From positions 1-45,550 of the forward strand of contig JAEOTZ010000065.1 in assembly GCA_016839585.1 (NCBI GenBank): a DNA stretch of 45,550 nt. Direction: 5' to 3'. The notes under the pieces are model-generated. The model searched no databases, was not told where the DNA came from, and worked only from the letters and a program-made list of their open reading frames with translations. Origin of the DNA: Promethearchaeota archaeon (GTDB lineage Archaea; Asgardarchaeota; Lokiarchaeia; Sigyniarchaeales; SOKP01). The stretch's first letter is position 1. Each line of letters starts with the position of its first letter. Shown here piece after piece: positions 1-9,354 of the stretch. The translations under genes were made by a program, and so were the position numbers.

Positions 1-297
1 TAAAGTAGAATCAACATAATCAATTGTAGTCCCTGAAGTTCCTTCAAGCTCGTTTTCAAATCCAAAAGTTGCAGGGTAGTACCCACTCATCGGTCCTGTA
101 TAGGTTTTATTCTCAGGTGTAGTAATATTGATTTCTTGCCCACTGGTTCTAAGATTATAAAAATCAATTGAGTCATCTTGGCTTTCAATAATAGATTTAG
201 AATGTTTTAATGAGGTTAAAATTAGTGTAAAATTTATAGAAATAGTTAATAATAGGATTAGTACTAATAAAATCTCTGATTTAAAATATGATTTCAT
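1..297 (-). CDS. Secreted/surface protein, N-terminal part (runs off the window); carries an extracellular motif typical of Lokiarchaeia
   Basis: Not in the ORF track. Manual translation from ATG at 297: MKSYFKSEILLVLILLLTISINFTLILTSL...INITTPENKTYTGPMSGYYPATFGFENELEGTSG..., open to the window edge. It has an N-terminal hydrophobic signal/anchor and NxT sequons. The TPENKTY-PMSGYYPATxGFEN motif is recalled from Lokiarchaeia secreted proteins. Confidence 0.8.
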   Translation of the reverse strand, partial: MKSYFKSEILLVLILLLTISINFTLILTSLKHSKSIIESQDDSIDFYNLRTSGQEINITTPENKTYTGPMSGYYPATFGFENELEGTSGTTIDYVDSTL

Positions 298-473
298 ATT
301 AATATCAATTCTGGACTTTTTTTAAGTTAAATATACAAATATTTATAAGTTAGTTATATATTTAAATATAATTTATAGCAGATTAAATTTCAATCTCTCT
401 CCAAGATTCATATGTAGATTTATTTTCTCCTAAAAATAATATGAATTTATCTTTTAAAACTATAAAATTTTAA

Positions 474-681
474 TCTAATTCAAGATAGGACTATTTTAAG
501 CCTAATTTTCCGTGAAAGGTTTAAATAGGGTTAAGATTTAGAATATATATAACGAAAAATTTAATTAATTAAATTTAGAACCATGACGATTGAGCTAAAA
601 AAACAAGTTATTGATATTTTGAAAATTCTCCAAGAAAAGGATATTGAAATTGAAGCATCAAAATTAGCAGATAAACTTAAT
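474..681 (+). repeat. Diverged direct repeat, copy 1 (pheS promoter plus first 33 codons)
   Basis: Aligns without gaps to 1186..1393 at a constant offset of 712 bp. There are 7 differences in the 99 coding nt and more in the upstream part. Confidence 0.95.
514..528 (+). promoter_or_regulatory. BRE-TATA promoter element (duplicate copy)
   Basis: GAAAGGTTTAAATAG, a purine-rich BRE followed by TTTAAATA; homologous to 1226..1240. Confidence 0.55.
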
Positions 682-696
682 TCATTACAACAATAG
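583..696 (+). pseudogene. pheS: Truncated 5' duplicate of pheS (37 aa)
   Basis: MTIELKKQVIDILKILQEKDIEIEASKLADKLNSLQQ*; the first 33 aa match the PheS N-terminus at 1295 at 31 positions. Confidence 0.9.
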
Positions 697-923
697 CAGA
701 TATTAATAGAGTCAAAATTATTGAATTAAATGATATATATGGACCGCCCATCAATGAGCCTGATTATGATGGAATAGTCGTTAGTCAGGAAACTTATAAA
801 GTAGCTGTAAAAATTAACGAGATTAGGGAGAATAAGGGATTTAAACCTTTAATAATTATTGTTATATCGATAATAAAGGATGAAAATAACCAAAAAATTA
901 GTTCTACTTCTATTAGAGAGTAA
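681..923 (+). pseudogene. coaD: 3' remnant of an archaeal/eukaryote-type phosphopantetheine adenylyltransferase (PPAT)
   Basis: Manual translation: FITTIADINRVKIIELNDIYGPPINEPDYDGIVVSQETYKVAVKINEIRENKGFKPLIIIVISIIKDENNQKISSTSIRE*. It shows the LND.YGP, IVVS.ET, IN..R...G..PL and ISST.IR motifs of archaeal PPAT. There is no start codon and no HxGH half, and an in-frame TAA precedes it (678-680). Confidence 0.85.
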
Positions 924-1075
924 CTTTTATAATAAAATTTTTTAGTTAGAATTAATATATTCAATTATAAATAAATGAATACTTGAGTAGAGTAAAGTAT
1001 GAGTTCTTATATAGATAATATGTGTATAAAGTATAAACTCAATCAAGATTCATTTTTCTTTGATGTTTTTATTCT

Positions 1076-1117
1076 GCCAAGGTAATAATTAAATAGATTT
1101 GATGTTATTTCCTTGGC
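1076..1117. other. Imperfect inverted repeat / hairpin upstream of pheS
   Basis: gccaaggtaataa...ttatttccttggc: the arms match at 12 of 13 positions, with an inner ttaaat/atttga stem. Confidence 0.6.
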
Positions 1118-1185
1118 TGTGGAATTAATTTTAGATTCTTATTAAAAAATAGTGTTATATACTTCTTTTTATTGTATATTATTAC

Positions 1186-1393
1186 TCTAATTCATGATAG
1201 AGCGATTTACAGCGAGTTTTTCCACGAAAGATTTAAATAGATTAAATATTTAAAATATATATAACGAAAAATATAATTAATTTAATTTAGAACCATGAGT
1301 ATTGAGCTAAAAAAACAAGTTATTGATATTTTGAAAATTCTTCAAGAAAAAGATATTGAAATAGAGGCATCAAAATTAGCAGATGAACTTAAT
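1186..1393 (+). repeat. Diverged direct repeat, copy 2 (functional pheS promoter and 5' end)
   Basis: Homologous to 474..681. Confidence 0.95.
1226..1240 (+). promoter_or_regulatory. BRE-TATA promoter of pheS-pheT(-pheA)
   Basis: GAAAGATTTAAATAG ending ~55 nt upstream of the pheS ATG; the core is conserved in the duplicate copy while its flanks diverge. Confidence 0.6.
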
Positions 1394-2836
1394 GTTGATT
1401 ATATTGTACTCATGTCTGCTATAAATGATTTAATTGATAATAACTTAGGAGGATTTAGAGAAGAAGAAATGTATCAAGTTTCTTTAAGTCAAGAAGGGTT
1501 AACTTATTTGGAAAAAGGATTACCAGAACGTCAAATTCTTCAAATATTATTAAAAAATGAGATTAAAGAAATTAATTTAGATGATTTGAGGGCAGAAGCT
1601 AAATTAGATGAAAATCTTTTTTATGTTGGCATTTCTAATTTAAAAAAAAATAAATGGGTTACCCAAAGTAAAGCTACGGGGGAAAATAAAATTTTTCTTA
1701 TTGCTGAAGAATTTCCTGAAACACAATTAGAAAAATTTCTTAAGAAATTCGAGAGTAATGAAATAGTCGATTATTCTATTTTATCAAAAGAGGAATTAAT
1801 GCAATTTGATGTTTTAAACAAAAGGAAATTGATGAACAAGGTTCGTAAAACTCAAAGAATTATTTATTTAACAAAAAAAGGTAAATCTATCCCAATTTCT
1901 GAAATCCAAGAATTAAAACAAGTTAGCAAAATCACTTCTGAGATGCTAAGTTCTGGAACTTGGAAAAAATACAATTTGAAACCTTTTGATGTCACTAAAC
2001 CAGGTCCGTTATTAAAAGCAGGAAAAATTCATCCATTAGTAAATTTAATTAATGAAATACGAGAAATATTTTTATCAATGGGTTTTATAGAAATAAGGGG
2101 TCCGATTATAGAAAGTGCTTTTTACAATTTCGATGCTTTATTTCAACCACAAGATCACCCTGCAAGAGAATTACAAGATACATTTTATTTAAATAATCCA
2201 AAAGTTGCAAAGTTGCCAGAAAAGGATAGAGTTTTAGCTGTGAAAAAAACTCATGAAAATGGTGGTGATAGTGGATCTATTGGATGGGGGTACGAATGGG
2301 ATGAAAACATCGCAAAGAAAACGGTATTAAGACCCCATACTACAGCCACAACTATGAGAAGATTAGCCCAATTTTATAGAAACAACGAAAAAGTACCAGT
2401 AAAAGTATTTTGTGTGGATAGGGTATTTCGAAATGAAAAACTTGATAAATCTCATTTAGCAGAATTTACCCAAGTAGAAGGGATTGTAATTGATGATAAC
2501 GTTACTCTATGTGATTTAATTGGATTATTATCGGAATTCTATAGAAAAATGGGTTTTAAGAAGATAGTTACTCGACCAGGATTCTTTCCTTATACAGAAC
2601 CTAGTATGGAAGTTTCGGTATATTATGATAAATTAGATGAATGGTTAGAAATGGGAGGCTCAGGAATTTTTCGACCAGAAGTTACTTATCCATGGGGAAT
2701 TAAAGAACCTACACGTGTATTAGCCTGGGGTCAAGGTCTTGAAAGAATAGCAATGCTGTATTATGATCGAACAGATATTAGAGATTTTTATATTAATCCA
2801 ATTAAATGGTTGAGAGAGCAATCATATCTTAAATGA
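1295..2836 (+). CDS. pheS: Phenylalanine--tRNA ligase alpha subunit (long archaeal/eukaryotic type)
   Basis: GLPERQ N-terminal domain; NFDALFQPQDHPARELQDTF, RVFRNE, HLAEFTQVEG, FPYTEPSME and GIFRPEV motifs; 513 aa. Confidence 0.99.
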   Translation: MSIELKKQVIDILKILQEKDIEIEASKLADELNVDYIVLMSAINDLIDNNLGGFREEEMYQVSLSQEGLTYLEKGLPERQILQILLKNEIKEINLDDLRAEAKLDENLFYVGISNLKKNKWVTQSKATGENKIFLIAEEFPETQLEKFLKKFESNEIVDYSILSKEELMQFDVLNKRKLMNKVRKTQRIIYLTKKGKSIPISEIQELKQVSKITSEMLSSGTWKKYNLKPFDVTKPGPLLKAGKIHPLVNLINEIREIFLSMGFIEIRGPIIESAFYNFDALFQPQDHPARELQDTFYLNNPKVAKLPEKDRVLAVKKTHENGGDSGSIGWGYEWDENIAKKTVLRPHTTATTMRRLAQFYRNNEKVPVKVFCVDRVFRNEKLDKSHLAEFTQVEGIVIDDNVTLCDLIGLLSEFYRKMGFKKIVTRPGFFPYTEPSMEVSVYYDKLDEWLEMGGSGIFRPEVTYPWGIKEPTRVLAWGQGLERIAMLYYDRTDIRDFYINPIKWLREQSYLK

Positions 2837-2845
2837 GGTGATAAA

Positions 2846-4522
2846 ATGCCTACTATTGAATTAAAAATTGAAAGATTAGAAAGGTTAGTTGGAAAGAAAT
2901 TAGACTTAAAAGAATTAGAATACGATTTACAATGGATAGGATTAGATTTAGAAGATACTAACGTAGAAGAACAAAAAGTTAAGGTAGAATATAATCCCAA
3001 TAGACCTGATTATTCGAGTCCGGAGGGAATTGCTAGGGCACTTAAAGGATATTATGAGCTCGAACTAGGAATTCCCTCATACGAAGTTAGACCAGGAGAA
3101 ATTACACTCAATGTAGATCCTAGTGTAAAAAAAGTTAGACCATATATAGTCTGTGGAGTTATTCGAGATATTGATTTAGATGAGGATGAGGTTGCTACTT
3201 TAATGAATATACAAGAACACTTACATTGGGCAGTAGGAAGAGACAGAAGAAAGGTTGCTATTGGAGTTCATGATTTAGATAAAATTATACCTCCTTATAG
3301 GTATACAGCAGTAAAGCCAGATTCAGTTAGTTTCATACCTCTACATGGAGATGGATATCCTATGAATTTGGAAGAGATTTTGCTATTGCATGATAAAGGT
3401 ATTGAATATGCCCATATTTTAGAAGGGAAAGACGTTTATCCTATAATTTTTGATAATAACGATGAAGTTCTTTCATTTCCACCGATTATAAATGGTGTAC
3501 TTACTACTGTTACAAATGATACAGAAAATTTGTTTTTGGATTTAACAGGTACTGATTTTAAAGCAGTGAATTTAGCATTGAATATTTTATCAACAACGTT
3601 ATCAGATATGGGAACAAAAATAGAAAGCGTAAAAGTAAATTATCAAGGAGGAAAAGAAATTATCACTCCTAATCTAAATCCCAAAAAATGGGAAGTAAAA
3701 AAGGGTTATATAAATGATATTATTGGCTTAGAATTATCATTGACAGAAATGTTAAAATGCTTTCAAAAGATTAGAATGGATGCTAAGAAATCTAAAAAGA
3801 ATGGCTACTTAGATATCTGGGTTCCGGCATACCGAGGAGACATAATGCATCCAGTAGATTTTACTGAAGAATGTGCTATTGGTTATGGATATTTTAATTT
3901 GCCACTTACAATTAGGGAAGGTGGTGTAGGAGCATATCATCCTATCCAAGATTTTTCAAGTAAAATAAGAAAAATTATGATAGGGGCAGGATATTTAGAA
4001 ATCCTTAATTTTATCCTAACAAGTTCTGAAAAACAATATGATTTTATGAAGCAAAATTATGATAAAACAAATATAGTTGAAATTGCTAATCCAGTTTCAA
4101 AAGAATACAATACAACGAGGAAGAAATTATTACCTCAACTAATGGATACACTGCTTTTAAACAGATCTGAAGAAAAGCCAATAAGGATTTTTGAAGTGGG
4201 AGATATAATATTATTGGACCCTGATGAGGAAACGGGTACTAAAAGGGAAGTTCATCTTTCTGCCGCTTCCTACCATGAAGAAGCTGATTTTACAGAGATT
4301 AGATCTACTTTAGACTTTATAATGATCTCACTTGGATATGAAAACGATTTTGAAATAAAACCTAATAAGAATCTTAGCTATATAGATGGTCGTTATGGAG
4401 AGATTTATTTAAAGGGTAGTAAAGTAGGTGAGATAGGCGAAATTCATCCTGAAGTTTTACTCAACTTTAAATTGGAGTTTCCTGTTGCTGCTTTCGAATT
4501 AAATCTACAGGATTTTTTATAA
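2846..4522 (+). CDS. pheT: Phenylalanine--tRNA ligase beta subunit (archaeal type)
   Basis: MPTI start; PNRPDY, RRKVAIGVHDLD, VLSFPPIING, YRGDIMHPVD and GEIHPEVL motifs; GAGGTGA RBS upstream; 9 nt after pheS. Confidence 0.99.
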   Translation: MPTIELKIERLERLVGKKLDLKELEYDLQWIGLDLEDTNVEEQKVKVEYNPNRPDYSSPEGIARALKGYYELELGIPSYEVRPGEITLNVDPSVKKVRPYIVCGVIRDIDLDEDEVATLMNIQEHLHWAVGRDRRKVAIGVHDLDKIIPPYRYTAVKPDSVSFIPLHGDGYPMNLEEILLLHDKGIEYAHILEGKDVYPIIFDNNDEVLSFPPIINGVLTTVTNDTENLFLDLTGTDFKAVNLALNILSTTLSDMGTKIESVKVNYQGGKEIITPNLNPKKWEVKKGYINDIIGLELSLTEMLKCFQKIRMDAKKSKKNGYLDIWVPAYRGDIMHPVDFTEECAIGYGYFNLPLTIREGGVGAYHPIQDFSSKIRKIMIGAGYLEILNFILTSSEKQYDFMKQNYDKTNIVEIANPVSKEYNTTRKKLLPQLMDTLLLNRSEEKPIRIFEVGDIILLDPDEETGTKREVHLSAASYHEEADFTEIRSTLDFIMISLGYENDFEIKPNKNLSYIDGRYGEIYLKGSKVGEIGEIHPEVLLNFKLEFPVAAFELNLQDFL

Positions 4523-4552
4523 TTTATTTTTAAACAACTATTATTTATTATT

Positions 4553-5644
4553 ATGGAAGAGAATACTAAACAATTAAAAGAATATAGGAAATTAATTGAT
4601 CAGATTGATAGTGAGATAATTGAACTGTTGAATAAAAGAGGTATAACGGTTTCTAAGATAGGAGAGATCAAAAAACTGTTAAATCTTGAAGTTTTTCAGC
4701 CCGAAAGAGAAAGAGAGATACTTGAAAGGATAAAATCTCAATCAAAAATATTAAAACCAGAAAGTGTTAAGGCAATATGGAAGGAAATTTTGAGTGCCAG
4801 TAGATCAATTCAAGGGGTTATTCCAAAAGTCGGATATCTAGGCCCTAAAGGAACATTTACGCATCAAGCAGCTCTTGAATTTTTTCCTAAAGCAGGTACA
4901 GAATTTGTTCCCTATAATACTATTTCAGAGATTTTTATAAATATTGAAAAAGAAAATATAGAATTCGGGGTAATTCCTATTGAAAACAGTCTTCAAGGAA
5001 CAGTTAGAGAGACTCTTGATTTATTAATCGATAAAGATCTTGTTATATATGGAGAAATTGAGCTTCGAATTATTCAAAATTTAATCTCATTAGAAAAATC
5101 CAATTTATCAAGGATTAGAACTATTTTATCCCACCCTCAAGCTTTTGCTCAAACAAGAAACTGGATTAAAGCAAATATTCCAACAGCAGATATAATAGAT
5201 GTTAATTCTACAGCAGAGGCAGTTCGTAGAGTTAAGGAATTAAATAGCGAATCTTATGCCGCGATTGGTACGGAATTTGCAAGTGATGTTTATGGATTGA
5301 AAATCTTACACTCAAAAATCGAGGATAATTTATTAAATTCTACAAGATTCCTTATAATTTCGAAGAAAGAGAATATTGAAAAAGAAGGCAAAATTAAGAC
5401 ATCAATATTATTTGTTACCCGACATATTCCAGGAGCTTTATACAGAGTATTAAAACTTTATGCTGATGCAGAAATTAATTTGCTTAAAATTGAGTCACGT
5501 CCTCGTAGAAGAGGACGTTGGGAGTATATTTTTATTATGGATTTTGAAGGAGATAAGGATAATCCAAAGGTAAAGAAAGTTTTAGAAAACATGAATGAAA
5601 TTGTGATATGGAATAAAATTTTAGGATCATATCCTATGACTTAA
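4553..5644 (+). CDS. pheA: Bifunctional chorismate mutase / prephenate dehydratase (P-protein with ACT domain)
   Basis: N-terminal AroQ helix (RKLIDQIDSEIIELLNKR...PERE); GYLGPKGTFT, PIENSLQG, SHPQA, TRF and IESRP motifs. Confidence 0.97.
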   Translation: MEENTKQLKEYRKLIDQIDSEIIELLNKRGITVSKIGEIKKLLNLEVFQPEREREILERIKSQSKILKPESVKAIWKEILSASRSIQGVIPKVGYLGPKGTFTHQAALEFFPKAGTEFVPYNTISEIFINIEKENIEFGVIPIENSLQGTVRETLDLLIDKDLVIYGEIELRIIQNLISLEKSNLSRIRTILSHPQAFAQTRNWIKANIPTADIIDVNSTAEAVRRVKELNSESYAAIGTEFASDVYGLKILHSKIEDNLLNSTRFLIISKKENIEKEGKIKTSILFVTRHIPGALYRVLKLYADAEINLLKIESRPRRRGRWEYIFIMDFEGDKDNPKVKKVLENMNEIVIWNKILGSYPMT

Positions 5645-5801
5645 ATGTTTATTTTCGGCTTTTTTATATGTTTTATACTATGTTATTTTCACATTCCTAA
5701 AAGTATATTAATAATACTTATTTTAAATAAGGTATAAAAAATAATTTATACTAATTAGATTTAACAGAATATACAATTGACAAAAATCTGGTTCGGTTCA
5801 T

Positions 5802-6530
5802 ATGCTTGGAAAAGTAAGGTTTGACGGACGAAAATTTGACGAAATGAGAAAAACAACGATAGAACGGAATTATCTTAAGTACCCAGAAGGGTCCGTTTTG
5901 ATTACTCAAGGTGCAACGAAAATAATTATTACAGCTTCAGTTGTGGATTATGTTCCACGATTTTTAGCTGATACTGGAACAGGATGGATAACAGCAGAAT
6001 ATAATATGCTACCAAGAGCAACACAAGTACGAAATTCAAGAGAAAGAGATAGACAGAGGATAAAAGGAAGAACACACGAAATACAAAGGTTAATCGGTCG
6101 GAGTATGCGTGCTGCTTTTAATTATGAAAAATTAGGAGAACGTACAATCAATATTGACTGTGATGTTATACAAGCAGATGGAGGTACGAGATGTGCATCA
6201 ATAACTGGGGCTTTTATAGCTGTTTTTGATGCAATAAATTATCTGTATAATGAACAGATAATTCATGAATTTCCGGACTATAAAGTTACAGCAGCAATTT
6301 CATTAGGCATAAAAAATGATCAAGTTATACTAGATCTTAATTATAGTGAAGATTCTAAGGTAGATGTTGATTTTAACTTAGTATTAAATGAAGATTCAGA
6401 ATTTATAGAAATTCAAGGTACGGCAGAAAGGGCTACTTTTAACAAAGATAAATTAAATGAAGTATTAGAGTTAGGACAGAAAGGCATTATGCAACTAATT
6501 GATATACAGAAAAAGGAATTAAATTTATAA
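5802..6530 (+). CDS. rph: Ribonuclease PH (bacterial type)
   Basis: EGSVL, GWITAEYNMLPRAT, GRTHEIQRLIGRS, IDCDVIQADGGTRCASITG, DLNYSEDS and IEIQGTAE motifs. Confidence 0.95.
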   Translation: MLGKVRFDGRKFDEMRKTTIERNYLKYPEGSVLITQGATKIIITASVVDYVPRFLADTGTGWITAEYNMLPRATQVRNSRERDRQRIKGRTHEIQRLIGRSMRAAFNYEKLGERTINIDCDVIQADGGTRCASITGAFIAVFDAINYLYNEQIIHEFPDYKVTAAISLGIKNDQVILDLNYSEDSKVDVDFNLVLNEDSEFIEIQGTAERATFNKDKLNEVLELGQKGIMQLIDIQKKELNL

Positions 6531-6651
6531 TTATATTTTTTTCATTTTATTTATTTCTAAATAAATTAAAGAGAACTAAGAAAAATAGAGTAATAATTTT
6601 ATTTTAGCTATAATTTTTTCTAATTAATTTCAAGATAATAGTAATTGATCT

Positions 6652-7887
6652 ATGATAAGTAATTTTATTTTTAATTTAATTCAAAGGGTATCTTTTATTA
6701 AGAAATATAGACTATATGATTTTTCTAAACAGATCATTTATCCATTTCTAATAAAAAACATTTCCAAATTATGGACGGATAGAATAGACGAAAAATTAAT
6801 TATTATGGGAGCTCATTATGGAGGTGCTTATTTAGACAATACAAAATACTTATTTGAATATTTGAATAAAAATTCGGATTATAATTTAGTTTGGATAGCA
6901 AAATTAAGAGACGTTGCAATAGAGATTAGAAAAAAGGGATATTCTGTTACTCCATTTTTTAGTTTTACGACAATTAAATTATTACGTAAAGCTAAATATA
7001 TTTTTATTTCTCATGGATTAGAAGATGTATTACCAATAAAATTTTCTCCAAAAACAACTATTCTATTCACTTGGCATGGAACTCCTATTAAGATAATAGA
7101 TAAAGATTTCGAAAAATCGTATATTTATAGCAAATGGAGTGATATTTTTCGTTTAAAATTGAAACATGATCAATATATTGATTATATATTAACTCCATCT
7201 GGAAATAAAAAAGAACGCGAAATATTGAGTAAAACTTTTAAAGTATCACCTAAAAAGATCCTTAGTTTAGGATATCCAAAATTAGATCTTTTATATAATC
7301 AGGATGAAAAATTTATTGCAAATTTAATTGAGAAATACGAGATTCCCAAAAATATAAAAAAAATTATTCTGTATTGCCCTACTTGGAGAGATGATTTCAA
7401 ATTAAATAACCCTTTTACTTCTTTAGATCTAAAGAAATTAAATGATTTACTTGAACAAACTGCTACTTTATTTCTTATCAAAGCTCATATGTTAGTGAAA
7501 GAAATTAATTTCGAAGATTATCATAATATTAGAATTGTTCCTAAAAATGCAAATATTGAAGAATTATATTTAATTACAAATGTTCTTATCACTGATTACT
7601 CATCAACAATGCTCGATTTTTCATTATTAAATAGACCAATTCTTTTATACCCTTATGATCTTAAAAACTACTCAAAAAATTGGGGTTTATTATATAATTT
7701 GGAAGATATTGCTCCTGGCCCTATTTTTTACAATGCTGAGGATTTAATAAATGGAATTAAAAATATAGATAAAATCGATAAGGAATATGAGGAAAAAAGA
7801 ATAAAAGTAAGAAATAGATTTAACAAATACAATGATGGTAAATCAACAGAAAGGCTTCTAAATTTTCTTGGAATTAAATATATATAA
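6652..7887 (+). CDS. CDP-glycerol/ribitol:polyol-phosphate transferase, TagF/TagB family
   Basis: WHGTPIK, GYPKLD, LYCPTWRD, LITDYSS..DF..LNRP and DGKSTER motifs. Confidence 0.9.
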   Translation: MISNFIFNLIQRVSFIKKYRLYDFSKQIIYPFLIKNISKLWTDRIDEKLIIMGAHYGGAYLDNTKYLFEYLNKNSDYNLVWIAKLRDVAIEIRKKGYSVTPFFSFTTIKLLRKAKYIFISHGLEDVLPIKFSPKTTILFTWHGTPIKIIDKDFEKSYIYSKWSDIFRLKLKHDQYIDYILTPSGNKKEREILSKTFKVSPKKILSLGYPKLDLLYNQDEKFIANLIEKYEIPKNIKKIILYCPTWRDDFKLNNPFTSLDLKKLNDLLEQTATLFLIKAHMLVKEINFEDYHNIRIVPKNANIEELYLITNVLITDYSSTMLDFSLLNRPILLYPYDLKNYSKNWGLLYNLEDIAPGPIFYNAEDLINGIKNIDKIDKEYEEKRIKVRNRFNKYNDGKSTERLLNFLGIKYI

Positions 7888-7909
7888 TTTAAGAAAGACT
7901 CAATCTTTT

Positions 7910-9061
7910 TTAATGAGCTTCAATTCCTAATTGTTCTGGGTGTTCTTGAAAGTATTGAACACCTTCTTTTATTATATCAATAATAGATCTTATAGGTCGC
8001 CATCCAGTTTCCTTTACAATTTTATCGTTTTTACCAATTAATAAAGGTACTTCACTTGGGCGCATTCTTTTTGGATCAATAAAGATCTCCGCAGTAACAT
8101 TAAAAACTTTTTTTGCTATTTTAGCATAATTACCCGTTGTAATGCCTTTCCCTGAGCATACATTAAAAGGATCTCCAAATTTCTTTTTCTCACTTACTAA
8201 AATATAAGCATTAACAGTATCTTTAACATGAGTATAATCTCGAATTGCATTAGGATTACCAATAACAATATTATTTCTCAATTTTTTTAAATTTTCTACA
8301 ATTTGTCTATGAACTACACTTGTTAAGAATTGTATACCACGTCTAGGTCCTTCATGATTAAAACCCCGAGTGATAATACTTGGTACCCCATATGCACTAT
8401 GGTATAACCATGCTATTTGTTCAGTAGCACATTTAGTTATTCCATATATACTTCTGGGGCGAAATGGATTTTTTTTTAAATCTTCTGTAACAGGAACTTC
8501 ATGAGGATCTACTAATCCATATTGTTCACTACTACATGCAACTTGAATACTTTCTAATTCACTATCAAATCTCCTTGCTGCCTCAAATATTTTAATTGTA
8601 CCAACTATATTATTATGTGATACCCTAACAGGCTCCCTAAAGGATGTTGGCACAAAAGATTCTGCTGCAAGGTGAAAAACAGCGTTTGGTTGTATTTTTT
8701 CAAAAATTTCAAGTATTCTTTCAGCACTAGTTATATCTGCTTCATGGAGAATAATTTTACCTCTTAAATGCTCAATATTTTCATGCATCGGAACCGCATG
8801 CCTACGAATTGTACCATAAACTTCGCAACCTAAATCTAATAATTGTTCTGCTAAATGACTGCCGGCAAATCCACTAATTCCCGTTATTAATACACGTTTT
8901 TCTCTCCAATAATTTTTATTAGGTAAAGATGTTATTCTGTTTTTAAAATCTTTTAAATAATTATCAATTTTATCAATATTAATTATATAACCTTGTTTTT
9001 CGAGCTCTCTTACTCTAATATTTTCTTCTAATATTTTCTCAATAGGTATAAGTTCATCCAT
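7910..9061 (-). CDS. GDP-mannose / GDP-heptose 4,6-dehydratase family SDR
   Basis: ITGISGFAGSHL, HLAAESFVPTSF, CSSEQYG, YGITK and FNHEGPRRG motifs; ~50 aa N-terminal extension. Confidence 0.85.
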   Translation of the reverse strand: MDELIPIEKILEENIRVRELEKQGYIINIDKIDNYLKDFKNRITSLPNKNYWREKRVLITGISGFAGSHLAEQLLDLGCEVYGTIRRHAVPMHENIEHLRGKIILHEADITSAERILEIFEKIQPNAVFHLAAESFVPTSFREPVRVSHNNIVGTIKIFEAARRFDSELESIQVACSSEQYGLVDPHEVPVTEDLKKNPFRPRSIYGITKCATEQIAWLYHSAYGVPSIITRGFNHEGPRRGIQFLTSVVHRQIVENLKKLRNNIVIGNPNAIRDYTHVKDTVNAYILVSEKKKFGDPFNVCSGKGITTGNYAKIAKKVFNVTAEIFIDPKRMRPSEVPLLIGKNDKIVKETGWRPIRSIIDIIKEGVQYFQEHPEQLGIEAH

Positions 9062-9354
9062 AATAGTATTTACAATAAATTTTTTATTTCTTTTTAACTT
9101 ATTTATTAAAAAATTAGGGCAAATTTAATATTTAGGTAAATTCTTAGATGTATAACAAAATTCAACTTAATAGGACTTTTATTATCATTTTATAGAAATA
9201 ATTAAGATAAAACATAAGAAATAATCAATTTTATTTAGATTCAAAAATTGTTTAAAATGTAATCAACAACAAAATATTTTTAAATTGAATAAATCTTGAA
9301 AATTTTTTACCAAAATTGGTTGATTTTCTTTTTATATAAATATTTGATTGATTC

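Noticed and set aside
583-923. Programmed frameshift producing a functional PheS-CoaD fusion
   Set aside because: The product would lack the HxGH catalytic half of PPAT, and no convincing slippery site is visible at the junction.
474-1393. attL/attR pair or IS target-site duplication of a mobile element
   Set aside because: The copies are only 712 bp apart and enclose a coaD remnant, with no integrase or transposase in the window. Reported as a recombination scar instead.
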